Assembly: GCA_947454475.1 (NCBI GenBank)
Contig: CANGLD010000002.1
Location: 4,129 to 68,128, forward strand
Direction of reading: 5' to 3'
DNA from: Oxalobacteraceae bacterium
GTDB taxonomy: Bacteria; Pseudomonadota; Gammaproteobacteria; Burkholderiales; Burkholderiaceae_D
DNA: 64,000 bases
Every line of letters starts with the position of its first letter. The stretch's first letter is position 1. This document shows positions 32,198-43,232 of the stretch, one piece after another. The position numbers and the translations under genes are program-made. The notes under the pieces are model-generated. The model ran no database searches and was not told the origin of the DNA. It worked only from the letters and a program-made list of their open reading frames with translations.

Positions 32198-34963
32198 ATG
32201 AATAAAACCCTGTTGCTGGTGGATGGATCTAGCTATCTGTATCGTGCTTTTCATGCAATGCCAGACTTGCGTAACACCGAGGGTGCACCGACTGGTGCTA
32301 TCTACGGCATGATCAACATGCTACGTCGCTTACGTCAAGATTACTCAGCAGCATACATTGCCTGTGTGTTTGATGCAAAAGGGAAAACCTTTCGAGATGA
32401 TCTCTATCCAGAATACAAAGCCAATCGCGCCTCCATGCCTGAAGATTTGGTTTTGCAAATAGAACCTATACATGAAGTAGTGCGTGCATTAGGTTGGCCT
32501 ATCTTAATGATAGAAGGTATAGAAGCCGATGATGTAATAGGTACGCTCTCTGTACAAGCTACGCAAGCAGGTCTGCATACTGTAATTTCAACGGGTGATA
32601 AAGATTTAGCGCAACTGGTGAATGACAAAGTCACGTTGATTAACACCATGAGTAATGAGAAGTTAGATCGTGCTGGTGTGATCGCTAAGTTTGGTGTGCC
32701 GCCGGAACGTATTGTCGATTACCTCACGTTAGTGGGCGACACTGTCGATAATGTACCTGGTGTTGAAAAAGTTGGACCTAAGACCGCAGTGAAGTGGTTA
32801 ACGCAATATGATTCTTTAGATGGTGTGATTAGCCACGCTGCTGATATTGGTGGTGTAGTCGGTGAAAATTTACGTAAAACTTTAGATTGGTTGCCACAAG
32901 CGCGCACCTTAGTCACCGTGAAATGCGATTGTGATTTAAGCGCACAAATGCAATCGATTTCAGAAACACTGAATCAACAAGAAGAAAATAAAGAAGCCAT
33001 GCGCGCATTTTTTTCGCGTATGGGATTCCGTACTTGGTTACGTGAACTGAATGCGGAAATTACAGAAGATAAAACAACATCACCCTCCTCATCTACAACA
33101 TCTGCCACCAATTCGGATGGGGAGCTGCAAGCTGCATTATTTGCTGCCGCGCCTGTTGAGACACATTACGAGCTGGTCTTGACGCAAGAGCAATTAACAA
33201 AATGGTGTGCCATTGTTGAGCAAGCTGAGCTGACTGCCGTTGATACGGAAACCACTTCTTTAGATGCATTGCAAGCGCAATTGGTAGGTATCTCACTCTG
33301 TGTGGAAGCGGGGACGGCTGCGTATATACCTGTTGCGCATCAATATCCTGGGGTGGTGGAACAATTGTCGCGCGATGAAGTTCTTGCTGCGTTAAAGCCA
33401 TGGCTCGAGAATGATGCGAAAGCAAAAGTAGGGCAGCATCTGAAATTCGATAGTCATGTGTTTGCTAATCATGGCATTCATGTGCAGGGCATTACACAAG
33501 ATACCTTATTAGAATCTTATGTTTTAGAGTCGCATAAAAAACATGACATGGATAGTTTGTCATTGCGATGGTTAAATCGTAAAACAATTAGTTACGAAGA
33601 AATTTGTGGAAAAGGTGCATCGCAAATCGGCTTTGAAGAAGTGAGTTTAGAAACGGCTTTGAACTACGCAGCAGAAGATGCTGACGTCACTTTGCAATTG
33701 CATCAGGCAATGTGGCCTAGATTGGAGTCAAATGAAAAACTGCGTTTCATTTACGAAAAAATCGAATTACCGGTTTCGCGCGTATTGCAGCAAGTCGAGC
33801 GTAATGGTGTGTTGATTGATAGTGCTTTGCTAGGGAAGCAATCTGCAGAAATTGGTCAACGTTTACTTGAAATAGAAAAACAAGCACATGAATTAGCTGG
33901 GCAACCTTTTAATTTAAATTCACCTAAACAATTAGGCGAAATATTTTTTGATAAGCTCAAGCTGCCAGTCGTAAAGAAAACACCGAGTGGCACTCCTTCG
34001 ACGGATGAAGAAGTATTGCAAAAACTAGCAGAAGATTATCCTCTGCCTAAAGTGTTATTGGAATATCGTAGTCTTGCTAAGCTCAAATCGACGTATACCG
34101 ATAAGCTGCCTAAGATGGTAAATGCAGACACAGGTCGCGTGCATACTAATTATGGTCAAGCGATTGCAGTGACAGGCAGACTGTCCTCAAATGATCCGAA
34201 TTTACAAAACATACCTATACGGACTGCAGAAGGTCGTCGTATACGCGAAGCCTTTATAGCACCAGCTGGTAGTGTGATTGTCTCTGCAGATTATTCGCAA
34301 ATTGAATTGCGCATCATGGCGCATTTATCGGGTGATGAAAATATGCTGCGTGCTTTTGCGGCGGGTGAAGATATACACCGTGCGACAGCCGCTGAAATTT
34401 TTGGCCTAGCATTACATGAAGTCAGTGGTGAGCAACGACGTTATGCCAAAGTGATTAACTTTGGTCTGATGTATGGCATGAGTGCTTTTGGATTGGCAGG
34501 TAATTTAGGTATAGAGCGTGCTGCTGCGCAAATGTATATGGAAAAATATTTCACACGCTTTTCTGGTGTGAAGCAATTTATGGATGATGTACGTCAGCAA
34601 GCGAAGTCTCAAGGTTATGTAGAAACGGTGTTTGGACGCAGACTATGGCTGCCAGAAATTAATTCACCCAATGGTCCGCGCAGACAAGGTGCGGAGCGTG
34701 CAGCGATTAATGCGCCTATGCAGGGAACAGCAGCAGATTTAATTAAGCTCGCGATGATTGATGTACAAAAATGGTTAACTACCTCACAGATGAAAACGCT
34801 GATGGTGATGCAAGTGCATGATGAACTCGTGTTAGAAGTGCCTGAAAATGAATTAGTACTTGTCAAAGAAAAACTCCCCGCTTTACTGGCAGATGTGGCG
34901 CAATTAAAAGTGCCCTTATTAGCTGAGGTCGGTGTAGGACCAAATTGGGATCAGGCGCATTAA
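32198..34963 (+). CDS. polA: DNA polymerase I
   Basis: LVDGSSYLYRAFH, DTETT exonuclease, DYSQIELR, QVHDEL. Confidence 0.98.
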   Translation: MNKTLLLVDGSSYLYRAFHAMPDLRNTEGAPTGAIYGMINMLRRLRQDYSAAYIACVFDAKGKTFRDDLYPEYKANRASMPEDLVLQIEPIHEVVRALGWPILMIEGIEADDVIGTLSVQATQAGLHTVISTGDKDLAQLVNDKVTLINTMSNEKLDRAGVIAKFGVPPERIVDYLTLVGDTVDNVPGVEKVGPKTAVKWLTQYDSLDGVISHAADIGGVVGENLRKTLDWLPQARTLVTVKCDCDLSAQMQSISETLNQQEENKEAMRAFFSRMGFRTWLRELNAEITEDKTTSPSSSTTSATNSDGELQAALFAAAPVETHYELVLTQEQLTKWCAIVEQAELTAVDTETTSLDALQAQLVGISLCVEAGTAAYIPVAHQYPGVVEQLSRDEVLAALKPWLENDAKAKVGQHLKFDSHVFANHGIHVQGITQDTLLESYVLESHKKHDMDSLSLRWLNRKTISYEEICGKGASQIGFEEVSLETALNYAAEDADVTLQLHQAMWPRLESNEKLRFIYEKIELPVSRVLQQVERNGVLIDSALLGKQSAEIGQRLLEIEKQAHELAGQPFNLNSPKQLGEIFFDKLKLPVVKKTPSGTPSTDEEVLQKLAEDYPLPKVLLEYRSLAKLKSTYTDKLPKMVNADTGRVHTNYGQAIAVTGRLSSNDPNLQNIPIRTAEGRRIREAFIAPAGSVIVSADYSQIELRIMAHLSGDENMLRAFAAGEDIHRATAAEIFGLALHEVSGEQRRYAKVINFGLMYGMSAFGLAGNLGIERAAAQMYMEKYFTRFSGVKQFMDDVRQQAKSQGYVETVFGRRLWLPEINSPNGPRRQGAERAAINAPMQGTAADLIKLAMIDVQKWLTTSQMKTLMVMQVHDELVLEVPENELVLVKEKLPALLADVAQLKVPLLAEVGVGPNWDQAH

Positions 34964-35021
34964 GCAGCAGAATAACTTGCACACGTGTGTATATGATTAA
35001 TTGAATAAACGAGGTGCAGAA

Positions 35022-35843
35022 ATGGATAGACGTGATTTTCTTCAAACTACGATGGGCGTGACATTTGCAGCAGCAGTCATGCCGACTTTAGCTGAAAACC
35101 CTGTAGTTACAGATAGCGATGGATTGCTTGCAGAGGTGATTACGATAGAGTCGGGTGGACATAACATGGCGGTGTATCGAGCACAGCCAGTAGGAGGTAA
35201 AAACCTTCCTGTTGTATTAGTCGTATCTGAAATATTTGGTGTGCATGCACATATTGCAGATATAGCACGACGCTTTGCTAAGCAAGGGTATCTCGCTTTA
35301 GCGCCTGATTTATATGCACGACAAGGCGATCCTTCCACTTACACTTCCATACCTGATTTACTAAAAGAGTTAGTTGCAAAAATTCCTGATGCACAAGTCA
35401 TGCAAGATTTAGATGCTTGCTGTGATTGGGCAGCTAAAAACGGTGGTGATAAAAACAGAATAGCGATAACAGGATTTTGTTGGGGTGGGCGTATAACTTG
35501 GTTATATGCAGCACATAATCCTAAAATTAAAACCGGTGTGGCTTGGTACGGTAAGCTAGTCAATGATAAGAATGCTTTGCAACCGCAAACCGCGATAGAA
35601 ATAGCGCCACAGCTGACTGTGCCTGTATTGGGTTTATATGGTGGTAAAGATAGTGGTATTCCACTTGATACGGTTGAAAGCATGAAGGCAGCGCTTAGTA
35701 AAGGGCGCAGTGCTTCACAGTTTGTGGTGTATCCCGAGTCAGGCCATGCGTTTCATGCAGATTATCGTCCTAGCTATGTAGCAGCAGATGCGCGCGATGC
35801 TTGGCAGCGGTGTTTGGATTGGATGAAGAAGCATGGTGTGTGA
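35022..35843 (+). CDS. Dienelactone hydrolase family protein with Tat signal
   Basis: DRRDFL twin-arginine, EIFG, GFCWGG, GHAF. Confidence 0.9.
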   Translation: MDRRDFLQTTMGVTFAAAVMPTLAENPVVTDSDGLLAEVITIESGGHNMAVYRAQPVGGKNLPVVLVVSEIFGVHAHIADIARRFAKQGYLALAPDLYARQGDPSTYTSIPDLLKELVAKIPDAQVMQDLDACCDWAAKNGGDKNRIAITGFCWGGRITWLYAAHNPKIKTGVAWYGKLVNDKNALQPQTAIEIAPQLTVPVLGLYGGKDSGIPLDTVESMKAALSKGRSASQFVVYPESGHAFHADYRPSYVAADARDAWQRCLDWMKKHGV

Positions 35844-35904
35844 TGTTGCAGGTGCTTGAATTGCTGAAAGCAGCGGGCTATGGTTTAATCCGCAGGCTTT
35901 CTTT

Positions 35905-36711
35905 TTGTATCATGCGGAGCTAAAAATTAATTCCACACTGTCTTATATTTTGCTGGCCACTACGCTTGCAGGTTTGATTAGTATTTCTGCGGCGGCTTTT
36001 TTCTCCTACAGTTTGTTATCTAAACTGGTAGAGCGCATGGTTAGTCTTTCGGTCGGCATTATGTTGTCGACTTCTCTCCTTCATGCTTTGCCTGAAGCTT
36101 TTGAGTCAGGGGCAAATATACATGCGTTATTTGCCACCTTATTAGCTGGTTTGCTAGGTTTTTTCTTATTAGAGAAATTTGCTATTTTGCGTCACTCGCA
36201 TCATTACGAAGGTGATGGACATGAGCATGAACATGGTCATGATGCGCATGAAGCGGGTCAATCAGGCTGGATGATTTTGGTTGGCGATGGATTGCATAAT
36301 TTTACGGATGGTATTTTGATTGCTGCTGCATTTTTAGCAGATCCGAAATTAGGTTTAATCACTGCAATGGCAATTATTGCGCATGAAATTCCCCAAGAGA
36401 TAGGAGATTTCATTGTGCTCTTGAATGCGGGCTTTAGTAAGTTACGTGCGTATATTTATAACTTAATCTGTAGCTTAATGGCGGTGGTGGGTGGTTTAGT
36501 AGGTTATTTCGCATTAGGTAGTGGTATGCAATGGATACCCTATGTGCTCGTATTAGCTTCTTCAGGATTTATTTATATCGCTGTGAGTGATTTGATGCCG
36601 CAAATGCAAAGAAGAGCGACACTGCGTGAATCAGTGCCGCAATTTATTTTGATTGCATGTGGTGTAGGCTTGGTGCTGTTATTAACTCACCAATTTCATT
36701 TACATAGCTAA
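35905..36711 (+). CDS. ZIP family metal transporter (start uncertain)
   Basis: His-rich loop, HNFTDG, HEIPQEIGD. Confidence 0.9.
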   Translation: MYHAELKINSTLSYILLATTLAGLISISAAAFFSYSLLSKLVERMVSLSVGIMLSTSLLHALPEAFESGANIHALFATLLAGLLGFFLLEKFAILRHSHHYEGDGHEHEHGHDAHEAGQSGWMILVGDGLHNFTDGILIAAAFLADPKLGLITAMAIIAHEIPQEIGDFIVLLNAGFSKLRAYIYNLICSLMAVVGGLVGYFALGSGMQWIPYVLVLASSGFIYIAVSDLMPQMQRRATLRESVPQFILIACGVGLVLLLTHQFHLHS

Positions 36712-36731
36712 GCACATTGCAGTGCTAGATT

Positions 36732-37589
36732 TTATGTATTGCCTGTAGCAATAGGTCTTGCAGGATCAGAAGACCATTCACTCCATGAACCTGGATATAA
36801 AGCAGCGCCTTGTAAGCCTGCTATTTCCATCGCGAGTAAATTCACACAAGCAGAAGCACCTGAACCACATTGCATGATGGTGGTGTCTGGTGTTTTTATT
36901 AGTTGCGTAAATTCTTGTCGCAAAATATCTGCGGATTTGAAAACACCATCGGCCGTTAAGTTTTCTTTAAACCAGCGATTTTTTGCGCCTGGTATATGAC
37001 CTGCAACGGGATCGATGGTTTCATTCTCACCACGAAAACGATCGGCTGCACGTGCATCAAGAATGTCATAGTCGTGAGTAGTAAGATTAGTGAGCACATC
37101 ATGTGCATCGACTGTTTTTACTAATGGTTCTCGTAGCGTGATATTGCCTAGTGATGGAGTGATAAGTCGGCTAGTTAGTGTGCCATCCATTGCTTGCCAT
37201 GCTTGTAATCCACCATCGAGGAGAGCGACATTCTTATGTCCTACCCAACGTAGCATCCACCATAGCCGCGCTGCAAACATACCGCCGTGTGCGTCATACA
37301 CAACAACTTGTGAGTCTTGATTGATGCCCCATTTGCGTAGTGTTTGTATAAACGCTTCTTTTGTAGGTAGGGGGTGTCGTCCTCTAAATTCACCATGAGG
37401 TCCTGATGATTTATCAGATAAATCTTTATCGAGATCTGCATGCTGCGCGACAGGAATATGTGACAGTGCAAAGGCAGCAGCTCCAGCTTGTGGGTTGAGT
37501 AAATCAGAGCGGCAATCTAAAAGAACTAAGCTAGGACTGCTCAATATTTCAGCCAGTTCACTGGCAGACATTAGCGTAGTAAAAGACAT
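36732..37589 (-). CDS. Tandem-rhodanese sulfurtransferase (SseA-like)
   Basis: GHIPGA, CGSG, YPGSWSEW. Confidence 0.92.
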   Translation of the reverse strand: MSFTTLMSASELAEILSSPSLVLLDCRSDLLNPQAGAAAFALSHIPVAQHADLDKDLSDKSSGPHGEFRGRHPLPTKEAFIQTLRKWGINQDSQVVVYDAHGGMFAARLWWMLRWVGHKNVALLDGGLQAWQAMDGTLTSRLITPSLGNITLREPLVKTVDAHDVLTNLTTHDYDILDARAADRFRGENETIDPVAGHIPGAKNRWFKENLTADGVFKSADILRQEFTQLIKTPDTTIMQCGSGASACVNLLAMEIAGLQGAALYPGSWSEWSSDPARPIATGNT

Positions 37590-38473
37590 TAGCTTCTCCT
37601 GTTTGCGTTATAAAAAGTTGCCGTCATACCGCTGACTAAAATGATGATCATACCTAACCAACTCGACCAACCTAAATGATCACCCCAGATTAGTATGCCC
37701 CATATGCTAGAAAAAACGATACCGGTATATTGTAGATTTGCAGTCACCAACATGGCGCCAAGTCGGTAAGCACGTGTCATCGCTATTTGCGCAATCGTCG
37801 CACACAAACCTATAGCCAGTAGCAAACCTGCATCAGTCAGAGTGAGCTTGTGAAGTAAGAATATTTGACCTGTGTGATAAAAGCTATCCACAGCGCCACT
37901 GAAGAATCCTGCAATCACACCACTCACAGAAAAATAAAATACCACGCGATATTCAGGCTCGCCTAACTGGCCTAATTTTTTTACTTGTATATAAGCTAGT
38001 GCAGAAAGAAATCCAGAAATTAACGCTAACAATCCACCTAGCCATTGTTCTGCATGCAGAGTGGGTTGCAATAGAAGAGCAACACCAATAAAACTAGCGC
38101 CTATTGCAGCAGCAAGTCCCCATGCAAATCCTTGTTGACCGTGCCACCAACTGAGTGTGAATACAATTGCTGCGATCCAAATGGGTGCCATGTAGTTGAG
38201 AGTCATAGCAGTGGCAAGAGGAAGTTTGCCTATGGAGAAAAACCATAACCATAATGCTGTGACGCCAACGAAACCACGCCATGCATGATGCCAAGGTAGT
38301 GTGGTGCGCAGCGTGCCCTTTTGAAAACGCATCATGATGGCAATCAAAGCCATACCAACTAAGCCTCGACTCATTACAATTTCAGAAGTAGAGCAACTGG
38401 CAGATGCTAACTTAACGCATACGCCCATAATGGCAAATACAAATGTGGCGAACAACATCCACAAAGACTGCAT
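37589..38473 (-). CDS. DMT/EamA family transporter
   Basis: About ten hydrophobic segments in two repeats. Confidence 0.85.
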   Translation of the reverse strand: MQSLWMLFATFVFAIMGVCVKLASASCSTSEIVMSRGLVGMALIAIMMRFQKGTLRTTLPWHHAWRGFVGVTALWLWFFSIGKLPLATAMTLNYMAPIWIAAIVFTLSWWHGQQGFAWGLAAAIGASFIGVALLLQPTLHAEQWLGGLLALISGFLSALAYIQVKKLGQLGEPEYRVVFYFSVSGVIAGFFSGAVDSFYHTGQIFLLHKLTLTDAGLLLAIGLCATIAQIAMTRAYRLGAMLVTANLQYTGIVFSSIWGILIWGDHLGWSSWLGMIIILVSGMTATFYNANRRS

Positions 38474-38601
38474 GCGCAGTCGTTTGGTCTCTAACAAGTT
38501 TAGCCTTACTGAATGATGGTTTGATCTTGTAATGCCAGATCAGTTAGCAAGCAGTGTAAGTTTGAGTCGTTGTTTCATACTGCACTGCTTGCATAAGAAA
38601 A

Positions 38602-39702
38602 TTACAGACCTAAGCTTTTGCGATACCACTCATGGAAGTGTTGCATGCCATCTTCCATGGGGGATTGATAAGGTCCTACTTCGTTGACGCCTCTATCCAT
38701 TAATATTTTGCGACCTGCATCCATACGCAGTGCGATTTCATCATCTTCTATACAGGTTTCCATGTAAGCAGCACGTTCAGCTGCAATGAAATCACGTTCG
38801 AATAAAACAATCTCTTCCGGATAATAGAATTCGACTACGTTAGTCGTTTTTTGTGGTCCCTTAGGCCATAAGGTGGAAACCACTAACACATGTGGATACC
38901 ACTCAATCATGATGTTGGGATACAGCGTCAACCAAATTGCGCCATAAGGCGGTGTTTCGCCATTGCGATAACGTAGTACTTCTTCTTGCCATTTGCGATA
39001 AACAGGGGAGCCAGATTTTTGTAGGGCTCCATTCACACCTACTGTTTGCACGCTATAGTTTTCACCAAATTCCCAACGCAAATCACCGCAACTTACAAAA
39101 TTGCCTAAGCCAGGATGGAAGGGCTCAACGTGATAGTCCTCTAAATACACTTCTATGAAGGTCTTCCAGTTGTAATCACATTCATGTACTTCTATGTGGT
39201 CGAGCATGTAGCCGTTGAAATCGAGATCTTTGGTGACAGATAGATTTTTCATCAACTCCATCACATTCATGCCATTTTTTTCAAACAGCAGACCATTCCA
39301 ATTATCTAATGGTGATGTAGAAAGATTTAAGCAAGGCGTTTCACCAAAATGTGGTGCGCCGATGAGCTCACCTTTTAAATCATACGTCCAACGATGTAAG
39401 GGACAGACGATATTTTTTGCATGGCCGCGACCAGACAGCATCTTGGCTTGTCTGTGTCGGCATACATTCGATAGCAATTCAATGCCATTCGGATTGCGCA
39501 CAAGAATACGACCTTCGTTTTCCCATGGCAGAGCAGCATAGTCGCCAACATTTGGCACCATGAGTTCATGGCCTACATAACGTGGGCCTTGCTTGAATAA
39601 TTGATTATTTTCCTGCAGTAGTCGTGCTTCATCAAAATACACATCTACTGCGAGTTGCGCGTTGGATCGCGCGAGCCTTGAGAGACTGGCCAGATCGGAC
39701 AT
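38602..39702 (-). CDS. Rieske aromatic ring-hydroxylating oxygenase alpha-like protein
   Basis: CRHR..CPLHRW Rieske motif, NWK..EDYH..H. Confidence 0.9.
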   Translation of the reverse strand: MSDLASLSRLARSNAQLAVDVYFDEARLLQENNQLFKQGPRYVGHELMVPNVGDYAALPWENEGRILVRNPNGIELLSNVCRHRQAKMLSGRGHAKNIVCPLHRWTYDLKGELIGAPHFGETPCLNLSTSPLDNWNGLLFEKNGMNVMELMKNLSVTKDLDFNGYMLDHIEVHECDYNWKTFIEVYLEDYHVEPFHPGLGNFVSCGDLRWEFGENYSVQTVGVNGALQKSGSPVYRKWQEEVLRYRNGETPPYGAIWLTLYPNIMIEWYPHVLVVSTLWPKGPQKTTNVVEFYYPEEIVLFERDFIAAERAAYMETCIEDDEIALRMDAGRKILMDRGVNEVGPYQSPMEDGMQHFHEWYRKSLGL

Positions 39703-40134
39703 CTCCACCCCCAAATTAATTTGCACCAACCTAAGAGAGAAAAAATCCGCAAAAACCGTGTTTCAAAATAAATGAAGCGGAAATTTTGGACGAGCCGCGG
39801 ATTATACCTGCCGCGGGCGATCGGGGGAACCTTTAGGAAACAGTAATGAAAGTAATTTTGACAATCACAGCGGGGTGGGGAAATTTATTCTTTAAATAAC
39901 AATAAAGTTGTTTATTTGATTTCTTTTTTATTAATTTCTACGTATTGAGAGTTAATTTAAAAATAACATAATCTGGCGATCTAAATTTAGATAGCTATAT
40001 TTACCAACTAAATTAGCTATTGCTCCAAGCTCTATGGGTATTGAGGGCGTTTGCACTAAAATAGGCTTTTAACGACTGAAATGCTATGACTGCTAGCTTT
40101 TCTATCGTTTCTCACTAATTAAACTCGCTTGTTT

Positions 40135-40389
40135 ATGGCTAAAAAAAATACACCTGAATCTGTCAGTGCTTCTTTTGAAGAAGCGATGGCCGAACTCGAG
40201 CAACTCGTTGCAAAAATGGAGGCGGGTGAATTACCTCTCGAAGCTTCAGTCGCTGCTTATAAGCGTGGAGCAGAATTAGTGAAATACTGCGCAGCGCAAC
40301 TAGAACAAGTAGAGCGACAAGTTAAAGTGCTAGAAGGTGACATGCTCAAACCTTTGGCAGATGAAGTCGAAGAAGAGGAAGAAGAATGA
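40135..40389 (+). CDS. xseB: Exodeoxyribonuclease VII small subunit
   Basis: SFEEAMAELEQLV..LPLE; xseB-ispA-dxs order. Confidence 0.95.
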   Translation: MAKKNTPESVSASFEEAMAELEQLVAKMEAGELPLEASVAAYKRGAELVKYCAAQLEQVERQVKVLEGDMLKPLADEVEEEEEE

Positions 40390-41273
40390 GTGGGGATTTC
40401 TCAGCATGGCAACGTGCTGTGCAAGCTCAGATGGAGCAGACGCTCAAGAATTTTTTGCCTGCACTTGAGCATGAACCCAAAGTGTTACACGAGGCTATGC
40501 ATTACGCCGTATTAGATGGTGGTAAGCGTGTGCGTCCCTTATTGGTTTATGCAGCGGGTGAGTTATTTGATGCGAATGCCGATGCAATGGCACGCGCTGC
40601 CGCAGCAGTTGAAATGATTCATGCTTATTCATTAGTACACGATGATATGCCGTGTATGGATGATGATGATTTACGCAGAGGTAAAGCAACTGTTCATAAA
40701 AAATATGATGAAGCTACCGCGTTATTGGTAGGCGATGCATTACAAGCTCAGGCATTTTTAGTGTTAGCAGAAGGCACTGTAGAGGCATCACGCAAAGTAG
40801 CGATGTTGAGTCGTTTAGCGCAAGCAGCAGGTTCGCACGGTATGTGTGGTGGGCAGGCGATCGATTGTGCTGCAGTGGGACAGGCATTAACACTGCAAGA
40901 GTTGGAGCATATGCATAATCTGAAAACTGGTGCTTTATTAGAAGCAGCTGTGATGTTGGGTGCTTGGGCTGGCAAAACTTTACTGGCAGCAGAGTCGCTT
41001 GCTTTGCATGCTTATTCACAAGCGATAGGCCTGGCTTTTCAGGTGGTGGATGATATTTTGGATGCTACAGCTGATTCTGCGACTTTAGGAAAAACAGCAG
41101 GTAAAGATGCAGCGCATAATAAGCCCACTTATGTATCTTTACTGGGCTTAGATGCCTCACTTGCTCTAGCAGAAAAATTACGGCAGGATGCTCATAGTGC
41201 ACTATTACCATTTGGCGATGGTGCAACGCGATTACGTGAACTTGCGGATCTCATCGTACAACGCAAGGCCTGA
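40386..41273 (+). CDS. ispA: Farnesyl diphosphate synthase
   Basis: GGKRVRP, HDDMPCMDDDDLRRG, FQVVDD, GKD. Confidence 0.95.
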   Translation: MSGDFSAWQRAVQAQMEQTLKNFLPALEHEPKVLHEAMHYAVLDGGKRVRPLLVYAAGELFDANADAMARAAAAVEMIHAYSLVHDDMPCMDDDDLRRGKATVHKKYDEATALLVGDALQAQAFLVLAEGTVEASRKVAMLSRLAQAAGSHGMCGGQAIDCAAVGQALTLQELEHMHNLKTGALLEAAVMLGAWAGKTLLAAESLALHAYSQAIGLAFQVVDDILDATADSATLGKTAGKDAAHNKPTYVSLLGLDASLALAEKLRQDAHSALLPFGDGATRLRELADLIVQRKA

Positions 41274-41282
41274 GACAAAAAA

Positions 41283-43121
41283 ATGGAATATTTAAAAAAA
41301 ATAAACGACCCCGCAGATTTGCGCAAATTAACGCGAGCAGAATTGCCTGCAGTAGCAAATGAGTTGCGTAACTATTTATTAGAGTCTGTTTCTCAAACAG
41401 GCGGTCATCTTTCTTCTAACTTAGGAACGGTTGAACTCACCGTTGCCTTGCACTATGTGTTCAACACACCTGAAGACAGATTGGTCTGGGATGTAGGTCA
41501 TCAAACTTATCCGCATAAAATTTTGACAGGTCGTCGTGATCGTATGTCTACCTTGCGTCAGCAAGATGGCTTATCCGGTTTTCCACGTCGTTCAGAAAGT
41601 CAGTACGACACATTTGGAACAGCACACTCTTCTACATCAATATCCGCTGCATTAGGTATGGCCTTGGCAGCGCGTTCTAAAGGTGAGAAACGTCATGCGG
41701 TTGCCATTATTGGTGATGGCGCAATGACTGCTGGTATGGTGTTTGAAGCCTTGAATAATGCCGGCATCTACGAAGATATTAATTTGTTAGTCGTGTTGAA
41801 TGATAACGATATGTCGATATCACCACCGGTGGGCGCCTTAAATCGTTATCTTGCACGTCTGATGTCGGGCAAATTTTATGCGGCAGCTAAACATATGGGT
41901 AAATCCATGCTGCCACCTTCTATGCGTGAATTTGCTAAACGTTTTGAAGAGCATGCTAAAGGCATGTTAGTACCCGCTACTTTGTTTGAAGAATTTGGAT
42001 TGAATTACATAGGGCCCATTGATGGTCATGATCTCGAATCTTTAATTCCTACATTACAAAATCTTAAAAATTTAAGTGGCCCACAGTTTCTGCATGTGGT
42101 GACGAAAAAAGGGCAGGGCTATAAATTAGCCGAAGCTGATCCTATTCTTTATCACGGTCCCGGTAAGTTTGATCCTAGTGAGGGCATTAAACCGGCAGCC
42201 AGTAAAACAACGTATACCCAAATATTTGGTGAGTGGTTGTGTGACACCGCATTAGAAGATGGAAAATTAGTAGGCATCACACCTGCTATGCGTGAAGGTT
42301 CAGGCATGGTGCGGTTTGAAAAATATTTTCCGAATCGTTATTACGATGTCGGTATCGCTGAACAACATGCAGTGACCTTTGCAGCAGGTTTGGCATGTGA
42401 AGGTTTAAAACCTGTCGTCGCGATTTATTCTACTTTTTTACAGCGCGCCTATGATCAATTAATTCATGACGTCGCATTACAAAATCTCGATGTGACCTTT
42501 GCATTAGATCGCGCTGGTTTGGTGGGTGCTGATGGTGCAACGCATGCAGGTAATTATGATCTCGCTTATTTGCGTTGTATTCCAAATATGGTGGTCATGG
42601 CGCCTAGTGATGAAAATGAATGTCGATTGATGTTAACCACTGCCTATCAATATCCAGGGCCAGCTGCAGTGCGTTATCCACGTGGTGCAGGCACCGGTGC
42701 AAAAGTGGATAAAGATCTTAAGACCTTAGAAATTGGTAAAGGTGTCTTACTAAAACAAGGTCAAAAGGTAGCGATACTTGCCTTTGGTACGATGGTAGCG
42801 CCTGCATTAAAAGCAGCAGAGGAATTACACGCTAGCGTTGCGAATATGCGTTTTGTAAAACCACTTGATACAGCTTTAGTTGAAAAATTGGCGCAGTCAC
42901 ATGATTTGATTGTGACCATAGAAGAAGGTGCAATTATGGGTGGTGCTGGTTCAGCAGTGACAGAAGCACTGACTGCAGCAGGCATAGTTAAACCAGTTTT
43001 GCAATTAGGTTTGCCTGATAAATTCATTGATCATGGCGAAGTGCCGCAATTATTAGCGCAATGTGGATTAGATGCAGCTGGTATAGTGGCTTCAATCAAA
43101 GCGAGATTGCAGCACATATAA
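41283..43121 (+). CDS. dxs: 1-deoxy-D-xylulose-5-phosphate synthase
   Basis: WDVGHQ, GDG..NDN TPP motif, [13 protein letters not shown]. Confidence 0.98.
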   Translation: MEYLKKINDPADLRKLTRAELPAVANELRNYLLESVSQTGGHLSSNLGTVELTVALHYVFNTPEDRLVWDVGHQTYPHKILTGRRDRMSTLRQQDGLSGFPRRSESQYDTFGTAHSSTSISAALGMALAARSKGEKRHAVAIIGDGAMTAGMVFEALNNAGIYEDINLLVVLNDNDMSISPPVGALNRYLARLMSGKFYAAAKHMGKSMLPPSMREFAKRFEEHAKGMLVPATLFEEFGLNYIGPIDGHDLESLIPTLQNLKNLSGPQFLHVVTKKGQGYKLAEADPILYHGPGKFDPSEGIKPAASKTTYTQIFGEWLCDTALEDGKLVGITPAMREGSGMVRFEKYFPNRYYDVGIAEQHAVTFAAGLACEGLKPVVAIYSTFLQRAYDQLIHDVALQNLDVTFALDRAGLVGADGATHAGNYDLAYLRCIPNMVVMAPSDENECRLMLTTAYQYPGPAAVRYPRGAGTGAKVDKDLKTLEIGKGVLLKQGQKVAILAFGTMVAPALKAAEELHASVANMRFVKPLDTALVEKLAQSHDLIVTIEEGAIMGGAGSAVTEALTAAGIVKPVLQLGLPDKFIDHGEVPQLLAQCGLDAAGIVASIKARLQHI

Positions 43122-43184
43122 AAACATAGGGCATATGAGTTTGCTGTTTCTGTGTAAAGCAAATGCAGAAATAGAATCAGAAAC

Positions 43185-43218
43185 AAAAACGGCGCCTGAA
43201 TGTTAGGCGCCGTTTTTT
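43185..43218. terminator. Bidirectional Rho-independent terminator
   Basis: AAAAACGGCGCCT-N7-AGGCGCCGTTTTT between convergent genes. Confidence 0.88.
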
Positions 43219-43232
43219 ATTTGCTTACATTC

